From a virus: a stretch of 64,000 nt of DNA. The stretch spans positions 123,070 through 187,069 of IMG/VR virus record IMGVR_UViG_3300022752_005671. One strand, given 5' to 3'. The notes below the pieces were generated by a model that worked only from the letters and a program-made list of their open reading frames with translations, did no database searches and was not told the origin of the DNA. How positions within the stretch are numbered: position 1 is the stretch's first letter; the number at the start of each line of letters is the position of its first letter. Shown in pieces: positions 47,567 through 56,739 of the stretch. The translations under genes were made by a program, and so were the position numbers.

Positions 47567-49279
47567 ACCTTTGATGGACTCGACTACCCTCAGGAACACA
47601 TCGATTACGTCTTAGAAAATGGAATGGACGCATGGTCGCTAACTGACCATGGACATATGAACGGATTCTGCCATGCATATCTTCATGCAGAAAAGATGAA
47701 GAAATCAGGTAAGAATTTTAAGTTCATTCCTGGCTGCGAAATGTATGTCCATCCTGATCTGAAACAGTGGCAGATTGATCTTGAAAAGTCAAAGGAGAAA
47801 CCGATCAAGGACGAATCCATCATCACGCCGATCACTGCTGTCGTCGACGGAAACGACGAGACGACCGATCTGGGAACAGATGAAGCATCATTGACTATCG
47901 AAAACGAAGATGAGACCAAGTCAGGCAAGTACAACGATCCTGTCAAACGCAGGCATCATTTGGTTGTCCTACCAAAAACTTCAATTGGTCTACAAAGGTT
48001 ATTTCATCTAGTTTCTCGAGGTTATTTGGAGGGTTTCTACAGGTTCCCAAGAGTGGATTATGGGATGTTGAAGGAAGCGGCTAAGGACGGGCATCTAATG
48101 GTTAGCACTGCATGCCTTGGCGGAGCCCTTAGTTATGATGTCTTTTCAAAGCTTCAAAAGATTAAGTTTGACGATCTGAAGCATCAACTTCTTGAAGATG
48201 ATTCATTGTTGGAATCCGTCTTGCTTGAGATGGGCAACACCTATGATAAGCTTGCTGATGCAGTAGGTAGAGACAATGTGACTTTGGAGCTACAATTCAA
48301 TAAGCTTCCAGCACAACACCTTGTCAATCGTGCTCTGATCGAATTTGCAAGACGAAACTCTTTGACGAATCGGTTGGTTGTTACTTGCGATTCGCACTAT
48401 TCTCGTCCTGATAACTGGAAGGAGCGTGAAATCTACAAGAAGCTCGGATGGCTTAACTATCAAAACTTCGATCCGAACATGCTTCCGAAGTCCAAGGATG
48501 ATCTTAAGTGCGAACTCTATCCGAAGAACGCAACACAGGTTTGGGATTCGTATCGATCAACGACAGAAGGCATGGATTTCTATGATGATGATCTAATTTG
48601 TGAAGCCATTGAACGTACTCATGACATCGTCCACAATGAGTTAGGTGACATCCATCCCGGTAAGGAGATGAAGCTGCCTTCATATGTGATTCCAGAAGGA
48701 TCAACTGAAGATAAGGCTCTTGTTGAAGCCTGTAAGAAGGGATTAATCTGGCGTGGGTTGGACGGCAAAACTGATTATATCGAACGCGTCAAGTATGAAC
48801 TATCAATCATTCGTGGAAAGAAGTTCTCTAGGTACTTCCTCACGATGAAGGCAATCATGGACCTTGCTCGTGAACACATGCTGATTGGTCCGGGCCGCGG
48901 ATCTGCAGCTGGTTCTCTTGTTGCATACGTTCTTGGCGTGACAAACCTAGATCCTGTAGAGTATGACCTTTCATTTGAACGGTTTCTCAATCCTCATAGA
49001 TGTTTGAATCCAGAAACTTTAGTAAAAACTGAAAAAAGTTTTAAAAAAATCAAAGATTTAGAAATTGGTGACTTAGTAGTCGGAGGATCTGGATCATTAA
49101 AGAAAGTTAATAACAGGTTTGTTTCAAAAGCAAAAAGAGTTTATCGATTTACGACTGACGAAGGATGCATTGAGTGTTCGGAAAATCATCTATGGATTGT
49201 TATCCGCAATGATAAAAAAATTGAAGTTCAAGCTAAGGAAATTTTGATTACAGATGAATTATTATCTATCGTTAAATAA
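47567..49279 (+). CDS. dnaE: DNA polymerase III alpha, N-terminal half fused to N-intein (ORF track start 47624)
   Basis: LTDHG, GCEMY, HLVVL, TACLGG, TCDSHY, GPGRGSAAGSLVAY, FERFLNPHR, followed by the intein. Confidence 0.93.
   Translation, partial: TFDGLDYPQEHIDYVLENGMDAWSLTDHGHMNGFCHAYLHAEKMKKSGKNFKFIPGCEMYVHPDLKQWQIDLEKSKEKPIKDESIITPITAVVDGNDETTDLGTDEASLTIENEDETKSGKYNDPVKRRHHLVVLPKTSIGLQRLFHLVSRGYLEGFYRFPRVDYGMLKEAAKDGHLMVSTACLGGALSYDVFSKLQKIKFDDLKHQLLEDDSLLESVLLEMGNTYDKLADAVGRDNVTLELQFNKLPAQHLVNRALIEFARRNSLTNRLVVTCDSHYSRPDNWKEREIYKKLGWLNYQNFDPNMLPKSKDDLKCELYPKNATQVWDSYRSTTEGMDFYDDDLICEAIERTHDIVHNELGDIHPGKEMKLPSYVIPEGSTEDKALVEACKKGLIWRGLDGKTDYIERVKYELSIIRGKKFSRYFLTMKAIMDLAREHMLIGPGRGSAAGSLVAYVLGVTNLDPVEYDLSFERFLNPHRCLNPETLVKTEKSFKKIKDLEIGDLVVGGSGSLKKVNNRFVSKAKRVYRFTTDEGCIECSENHLWIVIRNDKKIEVQAKEILITDELLSIVK
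49001..49276 (+). mobile_element. Split intein N-fragment (92 aa)
   Basis: Begins CLNPETLV; has IKDLEIGDLV and block B CSENHLW; ends at a stop codon. Confidence 0.9.
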
Positions 49280-49283
49280 TTAT
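49276..49283 (+). promoter_or_regulatory. Putative late-promoter element ATAATTAT for the endonuclease
   Basis: ATANTTA overlaps the dnaE-N stop, 4 nt before the endonuclease ATG. Confidence 0.45.
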
Positions 49284-49287
49284 CTGC

Positions 49288-50223
49288 ATGAAGAGAATTG
49301 AGAAAACTTGTGAATATTGCAAAAAGATTTTTTATGTAGAATACGTTGTTAACGGATCTGGTTCTGCAGGTTCAGCAAGAAAGAAATACTGCAGTGTAAA
49401 ATGCAAAAAAGCCTGGTACAAAATTCCTGAAAACGGATCTAAACAAAAAGTTGAATGCAAGATATGCGGTAAAGAATTTTATCTTCCACATTCACAAGCA
49501 AAAAACCGTGTGACATGCTCAAAAAAATGTTATGCAAAGCACATATCATCTGTCAACACACGGCATGCAAAAATTCAAAAACAATGCAATAACTGTCATA
49601 AACATTTTGAGATAAATGAAAATAGTACTCAAAAATTTTGTTCTCCTGATTGTTTTTCAAAAAGTCTTTATGATAGAAAAGATGTTTTTTGCGAAGTTTG
49701 CAACTCTAAACTAACAGTAAAAAAATCTGCAACGACTCGTTTTTGTAATAAAATTTGCTCAAGAAAAGGTCAATCATTAGGATTAATAAAGTCTCATACA
49801 AATGGAAGAACAGGGTGGAGGGTTGACATACAAGATTCTCCTTATTTTAAAAGTTCTCTTGAAGCAGATTACGCAAGGTATTGCATTTATCTAAACATTC
49901 GTTTTGAATATGAAAAAAAAGTTTTTGAAACAGAAGTAAACGGGAAGAAACGATTTTATACCCCCGATTTTTATTTACCAGATTCAGATGAATTTATCGA
50001 ATTAAAAGGTGTTCGAGAAAGTGAAAATCTATTCTCAAAAAAGTTAAATTCAAATTCAGCGGCTAGAGAAAGTTTAAATTCTACAAACACAAAAATAAAA
50101 GTTGTATACATGAACGATTTTTATTCAATGTTGAGATCATCTGATCTCTATGATAAAATCCCAAATTTAGAAAATAAAGATTATGGAAGAACAGCTCATC
50201 TCATTAAAACGCACAAAGATTAA
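49288..50223 (+). mobile_element. Free-standing endonuclease (four CxxC/CxxxC zinc-finger repeats + PD-(D/E)xK domain) between the intein halves
   Basis: Repeats such as CEYCKKIF..YCSVKC; FKSSLEA..FEYE..YTPDFYLP..FIELKG; AT-rich relative to dnaE. Confidence 0.82.
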
Positions 50224-50338
50224 TTCAATTGAGATCGTTGATCTAGAAGATGAAATCGAATTAATTGACATCGAAGTTGACGATGATCACACATTTTTTG
50301 TTTCAGACAAAAATGAAGAATGGTTGTTAACTCATAAT
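50183..50338 (+). mobile_element. Split intein C-fragment (52 aa)
   Basis: LIDIEVDDDHTFFV...LLTHN followed by Ser+1 at 50339. Confidence 0.9.
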
Positions 50339-52420
50339 TCAGGTGCCCCTGATATCGATTCTGATATTTCTGATCGAGACAAGCTTATTGAACTTCTACG
50401 TGAGAACTTTGGTAATAATAACGTCATTCCGATTTCCAACTACAACACATTTAAGTTGAAGAGCCTTATTAAGGACATTGCTCGCTTCTATAACATTCCA
50501 TTCGAAGAAGTTAATGCTGCTCTAGCACCAGTTGAGGATGATGTTAAGAAAGAAGTCTTCAAGCCTGGTGTCGATAAGAACCTTTTCGTGTTGACGTATG
50601 AAGACGCGATGAAGTATTCTAAGTCCATGCAAGATTTCGTTGCTGCACATCCTGAAGTTGCAGAACCCATTGAGATTCTTTTCAAGCAGAATCGTTCCTT
50701 AGGTCGCCACGCCGGTGGCGTTATCGTGTCTGAAGACATTGCTGAACGTATGCCACTCATCCTAGCAAAGGGAGAGCCTCAGACCCCTTGGGTCGAGGGC
50801 ATGCACTACAAGCATCTTGAGGAGTTTGGGTGGATCAAGTTTGATCTACTCGGTCTCGAAACGTTACGCATCATCGAACGTTGCATTTACTTAATCCTAC
50901 AACGACGTGAAGGTGTTTCCAATCCGACATTTCAAGACATCAAGGCATGGTTCGACAAGAACATGGATCCAAAGAACATTGATCTTAATGATCAACGGGT
51001 CTATGAGTACGTCTACCATGAAGGGCGTTTTGCCGGCGTCTTCCAATGTACTCAACCAGGTGCTCAGCGACTCTTCACCAAGGCGAAGCCGCGCAGCATC
51101 ATCGATATTGCTACTTTGACCTCAATCTATCGCCCAGGTCCACTGGCAGCGAACGTCGATAAGATCTATATTGGTGCCAAGAATGAACCTGAAAAGATTG
51201 ATTATCAGCATCCTCTCATTAAGAAGGTGCTTGAACCGACATACGGTTGCATTATTTTCCAGGAGCAAACCATGAAACTTTGCTCAGTCGTGGCGGGATT
51301 CCCTGAGGCAGAGACGGATACAATTCGTCGCAACATCATGAAACGTTCAGCATCTAAGAAGGACGCAGCGGCCGCTGACGCGAAGAAAGCAAAAGAAGAT
51401 TTTGTCGCCGGAGCAATGAAGAATGGCGTACCCAATCATGTTGCTGATGAACTATATGAAAAGATCCTCTTTTTCTCAGGTTACGGGTTTAACGCATCTC
51501 ACGCCGTGTCATATGCTATCGATTCTTACTATTGTGCATGGCTCCTTACTTACTTTGAAGAGGAATGGTTATGCGCATATCTCGAATCGATGTCAGGAAA
51601 CGATGAGAAGCGAGCAAAGGCTTTCTCAGAGGTAAAGGCTCTTGGATACAAGATCGTCAATATTGATGTCAATTATGCGACGAAGAGTTGGACGATTCTT
51701 GAAGGCAAGCGATTTATGCCAAGCTTCCTTTCATGTAAGGGTGTCGGTGAAGCCGCTGTAGATGAAATCATCGAAAATCGTCCATATAAATCCGTGGAGG
51801 ATATGCTGTGGAATGAGGATGGTACCTGGAAGCATTCCAAGTTTAATAAACGCGCGCTTGAAGCCTTGATAGGAATCAAGGCGTTTGATTCGTTAGACTG
51901 TATCGGTATGGACCGAACATTCGCTAGTTATAAACAGATGCACCAGATCTTGATCGATCACAACAATGAAATCAAGAAGCATACGAAGAAGAATCCCCTT
52001 GCAGGAATGGAGGCATTCCGTAACTTTCTCATTGAAACGAAGGATGAGCCTGAATGGACTCGAGCAGAGATGGTTGATAATAGCATTAAATATCTTGGAT
52101 CATTTAATGCGGCGATGCTGATGCCCGATGATATTCTTAGAAAGTTAGAGACTAAAGGTGTTAAGTCAGTCGACGATCTTTCTGAAAGCGACATCTATTG
52201 GTTTATCGTTTCAGATACAAAACCCAAAAAGACTAAAACAGGAAAGAACTATTTGCTTTTGACCATCACCGGTCTCGGTGGACAAAATCATAGATTGTTT
52301 TGTTGGGGATGGGATGGAAACAGAGAAATTCCAAAATACAGCGTATGCCTCTCAGAAATCACAGTCGATGGATACGGTAATAAAACTTTCATGAGTAAGA
52401 TTAAAGTTTTGGATTCATGA
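50183..52420 (+). CDS. dnaE: C-intein fused to DNA polymerase III alpha C-terminal half
   Basis: SGAPDIDSD catalytic motif, RSLGRHAGG, KFDLLGLETL, GVFQ, YRPGP, YGCIIFQEQ, GYGFNASHAVSY, KGVG. Confidence 0.95.
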   Translation: MEEQLISLKRTKINSIEIVDLEDEIELIDIEVDDDHTFFVSDKNEEWLLTHNSGAPDIDSDISDRDKLIELLRENFGNNNVIPISNYNTFKLKSLIKDIARFYNIPFEEVNAALAPVEDDVKKEVFKPGVDKNLFVLTYEDAMKYSKSMQDFVAAHPEVAEPIEILFKQNRSLGRHAGGVIVSEDIAERMPLILAKGEPQTPWVEGMHYKHLEEFGWIKFDLLGLETLRIIERCIYLILQRREGVSNPTFQDIKAWFDKNMDPKNIDLNDQRVYEYVYHEGRFAGVFQCTQPGAQRLFTKAKPRSIIDIATLTSIYRPGPLAANVDKIYIGAKNEPEKIDYQHPLIKKVLEPTYGCIIFQEQTMKLCSVVAGFPEAETDTIRRNIMKRSASKKDAAAADAKKAKEDFVAGAMKNGVPNHVADELYEKILFFSGYGFNASHAVSYAIDSYYCAWLLTYFEEEWLCAYLESMSGNDEKRAKAFSEVKALGYKIVNIDVNYATKSWTILEGKRFMPSFLSCKGVGEAAVDEIIENRPYKSVEDMLWNEDGTWKHSKFNKRALEALIGIKAFDSLDCIGMDRTFASYKQMHQILIDHNNEIKKHTKKNPLAGMEAFRNFLIETKDEPEWTRAEMVDNSIKYLGSFNAAMLMPDDILRKLETKGVKSVDDLSESDIYWFIVSDTKPKKTKTGKNYLLLTITGLGGQNHRLFCWGWDGNREIPKYSVCLSEITVDGYGNKTFMSKIKVLDS

Positions 52421-52429
52421 GGTACTATT

Positions 52430-52954
52430 ATGGGTATGGTCATTTTATTTGATGGCTCAGACAAGGTCGGTAAGACCGAAATGGCCAAAGAATTATCAAG
52501 AAGATTGAATATTCCTTATTTTAAGAATGAATCTGAATGGAACGCTTTTTCAAACGATCCTTCATATTTTAAAAATGCTTTACGATACGGAGATCCATAT
52601 TTTTATAATTTTCTCAAAAAAACTGGAACTTCGACAATTTTAGATCGTTCATATCCATCTGAATGGGTTTATTCTAAAGTTTATGATCGACAAACCGATG
52701 ATGAAGCGTTAAATTACATTGATTCTTTGGCTTCATCCATTGGAGTAAAAATCATCATTCCTTATAGGACTTCGTATGAAGGTTTTCATGATGATATGCA
52801 TGATATTGATTCTCGACAAATGCAAATAATTTCTGACAAATATGCGGATTTTATAAAATGGACGAAGTGCGAAACTCTGCATCTATGTGTAGATTCTGAA
52901 AACCTTGATTGGGAAATGCAAACCATTCTAGAATTTATTAATAAAAAAGGATAG
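52430..52954 (+). CDS. Second deoxynucleoside monophosphate kinase-like protein
   Basis: ILFDGSDKVGKT P-loop, ILDRSYPSEWVY; first gene of the modification cluster. Confidence 0.75.
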   Translation: MGMVILFDGSDKVGKTEMAKELSRRLNIPYFKNESEWNAFSNDPSYFKNALRYGDPYFYNFLKKTGTSTILDRSYPSEWVYSKVYDRQTDDEALNYIDSLASSIGVKIIIPYRTSYEGFHDDMHDIDSRQMQIISDKYADFIKWTKCETLHLCVDSENLDWEMQTILEFINKKG

Positions 52955-52955
52955 T

Positions 52956-53981
52956 ATGAAAATAGGAATCAGTTATTGGGGATTTTGTGAGTCATTTGAA
53001 TCATCAAAAGAGGCCAAAACGCCGGATGGTCATCGTTACGGTAGGCCCATTATGGTTGATTCTTTAATTAGCAGAGGTCATGAGGTATACGCGCTACAAC
53101 AAAAACGAGAAGCAATTTCATACCCTGGGTTGAAGTATGATGAAGGGTTTCCTGATTTGGATGTCTTATTTGTTGAATGGCGTTGGAAAACTTATAAAAA
53201 TTCTGGACCAGATAAATTTGAGCCAGACTTTGATCGACAATTTGCGTTGTTGTCAAAGTATCATGGTAAAATCCCTGTTGTGATTTGGGATTGTGATTAC
53301 AAAGTTACTCATGTCGATGAGATGATGTGGTCAGAGGCCATCATCGCTGATCCAGCATTTGAACCAAGACACCTTAGTAGAAAAAGAGAAAGATTGATGT
53401 TTTGGACGGACTGGAAAAAGTTGATGTCAGTTAATTCAACTTCATTTGAATACGGATATATTGGTAACAATTATGAAAGACCTCAAGCTTTTGAGAGATA
53501 TTATTCGTTACCTTCCGCAGGATTACGCGCTTTAGGTATTCAAACGACTGTCCACGGGAATTGGATGGAAGTGTCTCCTGAAAGGGAATCTCCTAAAATC
53601 TTAATTTCTTCTCATACGAATGTTGCTTTTGCTCCACGATTAAATTTTTATGAATCGATGAAGCGTTTAAATTCTTTTATTTGCACGTCTCATATTACAA
53701 AGCCAGAATATGCTCAACGAGGGTTCGCATCTCCTCGTTATGTTGAGAATATTGTTAGCAACGTCCCAGCTCTTGTTCCTCAAGAGTTCTTAAAATCCGA
53801 TTTGCTTGGGAAAGATTGGATCGTTGGTGGATCTGGATCTGTCGTAGAAAAAGTTAAATTAATTTCTTCCATGACAATCGAAGAAAGAACAGCTCTAATT
53901 TTAGAACAAGAAAATAATTTAAAGTCAAGCGGTGTATTTTCTATTGATGGTGTTGTAGATTTTCTAGAGTCACTTAAGTGA
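52956..53981 (+). CDS. GT-B glycosyltransferase resembling T4 DNA beta-glucosyltransferase
   Basis: MKIGI start; LLSKYHGKIPVVIWD; YGYIGN; HITKPEYAQRGFASPRYVENIVSNVPALVPQEF parallels the T4 BGT segment IIGDKNYNDNFITLRVWETMASDAVMLIDEEF (recalled from memory, not aligned computationally). Confidence 0.65.
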   Translation: MKIGISYWGFCESFESSKEAKTPDGHRYGRPIMVDSLISRGHEVYALQQKREAISYPGLKYDEGFPDLDVLFVEWRWKTYKNSGPDKFEPDFDRQFALLSKYHGKIPVVIWDCDYKVTHVDEMMWSEAIIADPAFEPRHLSRKRERLMFWTDWKKLMSVNSTSFEYGYIGNNYERPQAFERYYSLPSAGLRALGIQTTVHGNWMEVSPERESPKILISSHTNVAFAPRLNFYESMKRLNSFICTSHITKPEYAQRGFASPRYVENIVSNVPALVPQEFLKSDLLGKDWIVGGSGSVVEKVKLISSMTIEERTALILEQENNLKSSGVFSIDGVVDFLESLK

Positions 53982-53988
53982 GGAAAAG

Positions 53989-54978
53989 ATGAAAGTATTA
54001 ATTACAGGTGTTGCAGGTCTTCTCGGCGCGAATTTTTCTCGATATCTTTTGCAAAAAGGATACAAGGTTGTAGGAATCGACGACCTTAGCGGAGGATATG
54101 CGGATTCAGTTCATAAAGACGTAACATTTTATGAACAAGATCTTTGGGATAGAGTTGCAGTTGAGAATATTTTTTCATCTGAAAAGCCTGATTACGTCTT
54201 TCATTTTGCAGCATATGCCGCCGAAGGATTGAGCCCATTTATCAGAAATTACAATTATACAAACAACGTTCTTTCTTCTGCAAACGTAATCAATGCATGC
54301 GTAAATAACAACGTAAAGAAAGTGATTTTTACTTCATCAATGGCTGTATATGGTGTAGGAAAACCGCCGTTTACAGAAGATCAGCTACCAACACCAGAAG
54401 ATCCATATGGAATTGCAAAGTATGCAGTTGAAATGGATTTAAAACTTGCACATGAGATGTTTGGTCTGAGATATAGCATTGTTCGACCCCACAACGTGGT
54501 CGGCATTTATCAAAACATTTGGGATCGATACAGAAATGTCATTGGCATTTGGATTCGCAAAGCCATGAATAATGAACCTCTATCTATTTTTGGCGATGGA
54601 ACTCAAGTTAGAGCATTCTCTGATATTAAGTTTTATATGGAGCCTTTTGAGAAGCTCATGACATCTTATGACGGAGAAATCTTTAATATTGGCGCAGACA
54701 AATATTACACGATTAATGAAGCTGCAGATGTAGTAATTGACGTAGCAAAAGAATTAGGGATTAATGCAAAGAAAGTTCATTTAGAAAAGAGAAATGAAGT
54801 TCATACAGCTTATTGCGATCATACCAAAGCTCATAATCTTTTAGGATTTAATGATCAAACAGATCTTCGAGAAACAGTTTTGAAAATGTTTAAGTGGGCG
54901 TTAGAACAACCAAATCGCCCTACAAAAACGATGGACTACGAAATTGAGAAAAACATGTATTCATTCTGGAAGAAATGA
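53989..54978 (+). CDS. NAD-dependent nucleotide-sugar epimerase/dehydratase (extended SDR)
   Basis: TGVAGLLG, HFAA, TSSMAVYG, PYGIAK, RPHNVVG. Confidence 0.92.
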   Translation: MKVLITGVAGLLGANFSRYLLQKGYKVVGIDDLSGGYADSVHKDVTFYEQDLWDRVAVENIFSSEKPDYVFHFAAYAAEGLSPFIRNYNYTNNVLSSANVINACVNNNVKKVIFTSSMAVYGVGKPPFTEDQLPTPEDPYGIAKYAVEMDLKLAHEMFGLRYSIVRPHNVVGIYQNIWDRYRNVIGIWIRKAMNNEPLSIFGDGTQVRAFSDIKFYMEPFEKLMTSYDGEIFNIGADKYYTINEAADVVIDVAKELGINAKKVHLEKRNEVHTAYCDHTKAHNLLGFNDQTDLRETVLKMFKWALEQPNRPTKTMDYEIEKNMYSFWKK

Positions 54979-54981
54979 CTT

Positions 54982-55764
54982 ATGACAAGTACATCATTGA
55001 CATTTCCTGAGAAAATTTCTGATAGAGAAAAATTTATTTTTGATCAAGTTATGTCAGGAAACTTTGAAGCTTCTTGGTCATCACTTGAATACGCTGTTTC
55101 AGGAAAAAAAGTTAAATTAAACGTGATGTCCGACGCTCTAAAGGTCGGAGGCATTAGAGTGAATGTTTCAGCTACTTTGCAGCAGCAGTTAGCTGACATT
55201 TTTGATGCATCATTACTAACTGCACAAGTTGCTGATTTAATGTATGTTAATGCAAATCATGTTTTAAATCCATCTCCGCAGACAATTTCAACGACTGTCG
55301 CTTCCATGATTTCTCATGATAGTAAAGTCACTAAACAATTGGGCACATATTCAAATGGGATTGTTTCAACTGTTGGAAAACATTGGATTTTGGACAAAAA
55401 GATAGATCAATCTCCAAACCGCGCTTGTAATTATGGATGGCATTTTACTGGATCTAGCTTTCAAGGAATAAATGGATTTCCTTGCGCTTCAACATTTAAA
55501 AGTGTAAACGGGAAACAAGCTAAGGTTATTCAACCTAACGCAGTAGCCCATGATTCAAGGCATAGCGATTACTCACAAATTTGTCAACTGGTTTCACAGC
55601 AATGTTGGATTGATAATGTAGAATATAGATTTTCTGATATTCTTCAAAATCCTTCTTTTTGTGATCTCATCAACCATAATGGAGTTTTGAAAAACATTAG
55701 ACAACCTGGGGTTCAAAAAGTATCAGGACAAATTGTTTTATTTCCAGTCGTAATTACTTCTTGA
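54982..55764 (+). CDS. Hypothetical protein (NYGWH ... HDSRHSDYSQ family)
   Basis: 260-aa ORF; conserved-looking GKHW, NYGWHF and HSDYSQICQLV motifs; function unclear. Confidence 0.65.
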   Translation: MTSTSLTFPEKISDREKFIFDQVMSGNFEASWSSLEYAVSGKKVKLNVMSDALKVGGIRVNVSATLQQQLADIFDASLLTAQVADLMYVNANHVLNPSPQTISTTVASMISHDSKVTKQLGTYSNGIVSTVGKHWILDKKIDQSPNRACNYGWHFTGSSFQGINGFPCASTFKSVNGKQAKVIQPNAVAHDSRHSDYSQICQLVSQQCWIDNVEYRFSDILQNPSFCDLINHNGVLKNIRQPGVQKVSGQIVLFPVVITS

Positions 55765-55771
55765 GGTTAAC

Positions 55772-55981
55772 ATGCCGACTTACGAATATCAATGTGAAGC
55801 TTGCAAACATTTATTGGAAACCTTTCAATCAATAAAAGATGATCCTTTGACTACTTGCCCCAATTGTAATTCAGAGACAATGAAACGCTTAATTTCTGCA
55901 GGTGGAGGTTTTACTTTGAAAGGTGGAGGTTGGTATAAAGATCTTTACGCTTCAAATAAGTCTTCTATTTCTTCTGAATAG
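55772..55981 (+). CDS. FmdB-family zinc-ribbon protein
   Basis: MPTYEYQCEAC...CPNC..MKRLIS..GFTLKGGGWY. Confidence 0.9.
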   Translation: MPTYEYQCEACKHLLETFQSIKDDPLTTCPNCNSETMKRLISAGGGFTLKGGGWYKDLYASNKSSISSE

Positions 55982-56690
55982 AAGGTTGTTTTTTTGTGAT
56001 GTTCCTACTTGTTCTAGCTGCAACATGACTTGGCTTTATTAAGTTATGCTCATCTTCATTTTGTTTTGATTCAAATGTAGGTTTAATTTCGCCGGTTTCA
56101 CAATTTAAAATTATATTATATCCCCCATGTGCAAGCGTAAGAGGAGCTTTTATTGTAGATAGATAATCATATCTTGCTTCATTTATCATTTCTTTATCAA
56201 ACCAAGGATCTAGAACAAAATTTGAAACGCTAACGTTTTTTCCATTGATGTTTATTTCATAAGAGCTATTTTCTACTGGATCGCAAACTTCAACTGCAAC
56301 AAAAGTTTCGTCCCCTCTGTGCGACCAGAGATTTATAAAAGGATTATAAAAAGTTTCAAGAATTTCATGAGAAAGAACGACAGAAACCGACCTAGTTCCA
56401 GTTAAAATTGTTCCTCCATTGTTTAGGATAGGATTTACAAACACTCTACCCCAAACTTTTCCATCAGGATCTTGCGAATGATAACCTAATGCAGTAGCGT
56501 GATCGCTATCATCCATTATGACCATCGGAAATCCATCATTGCCATCAATTTTTATTTCCCATTCAATCCTTCCAAGAAGCGGAGCAGCATGATCTTTTAA
56601 TTGAACTCTGCAAGCTTCAACCATTAGTTCTAAATCTTCTTTTGATATCTTAGATGATTTGTTTATTACGTTGAATGTTTTCATTATCAT
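55965..56690 (-). CDS. Putative zincin-like metallopeptidase
   Basis: LGYH, SHEILE, EVCDPVE, VSNFV motifs. The start is probably M(IM)KTF at 56690 or 56684, not 56936. Confidence 0.55.
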   Translation of the reverse strand: MIMKTFNVINKSSKISKEDLELMVEACRVQLKDHAAPLLGRIEWEIKIDGNDGFPMVIMDDSDHATALGYHSQDPDGKVWGRVFVNPILNNGGTILTGTRSVSVVLSHEILETFYNPFINLWSHRGDETFVAVEVCDPVENSSYEININGKNVSVSNFVLDPWFDKEMINEARYDYLSTIKAPLTLAHGGYNIILNCETGEIKPTFESKQNEDEHNLIKPSHVAARTSRNITKKQPSIQKK

Positions 56691-56739
56691 AATTAATGAA
56701 CTTTTTATGTTTGCGCAGTAATATTTTATTGAAGTTTTT

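Noticed and set aside
47624-52420. dnaE as a pseudogene broken by an insertion
   Set aside because: Both halves keep all catalytic motifs and carry complementary intein termini (Cys1; His-Asn/Ser+1), consistent with trans-splicing.
56689-56696. ATAATTA element between the divergent 56690 and 56740 genes as a late promoter
   Set aside because: It is near-palindromic, overlaps a start codon and lies in very AT-rich DNA, so direction and significance cannot be assigned.
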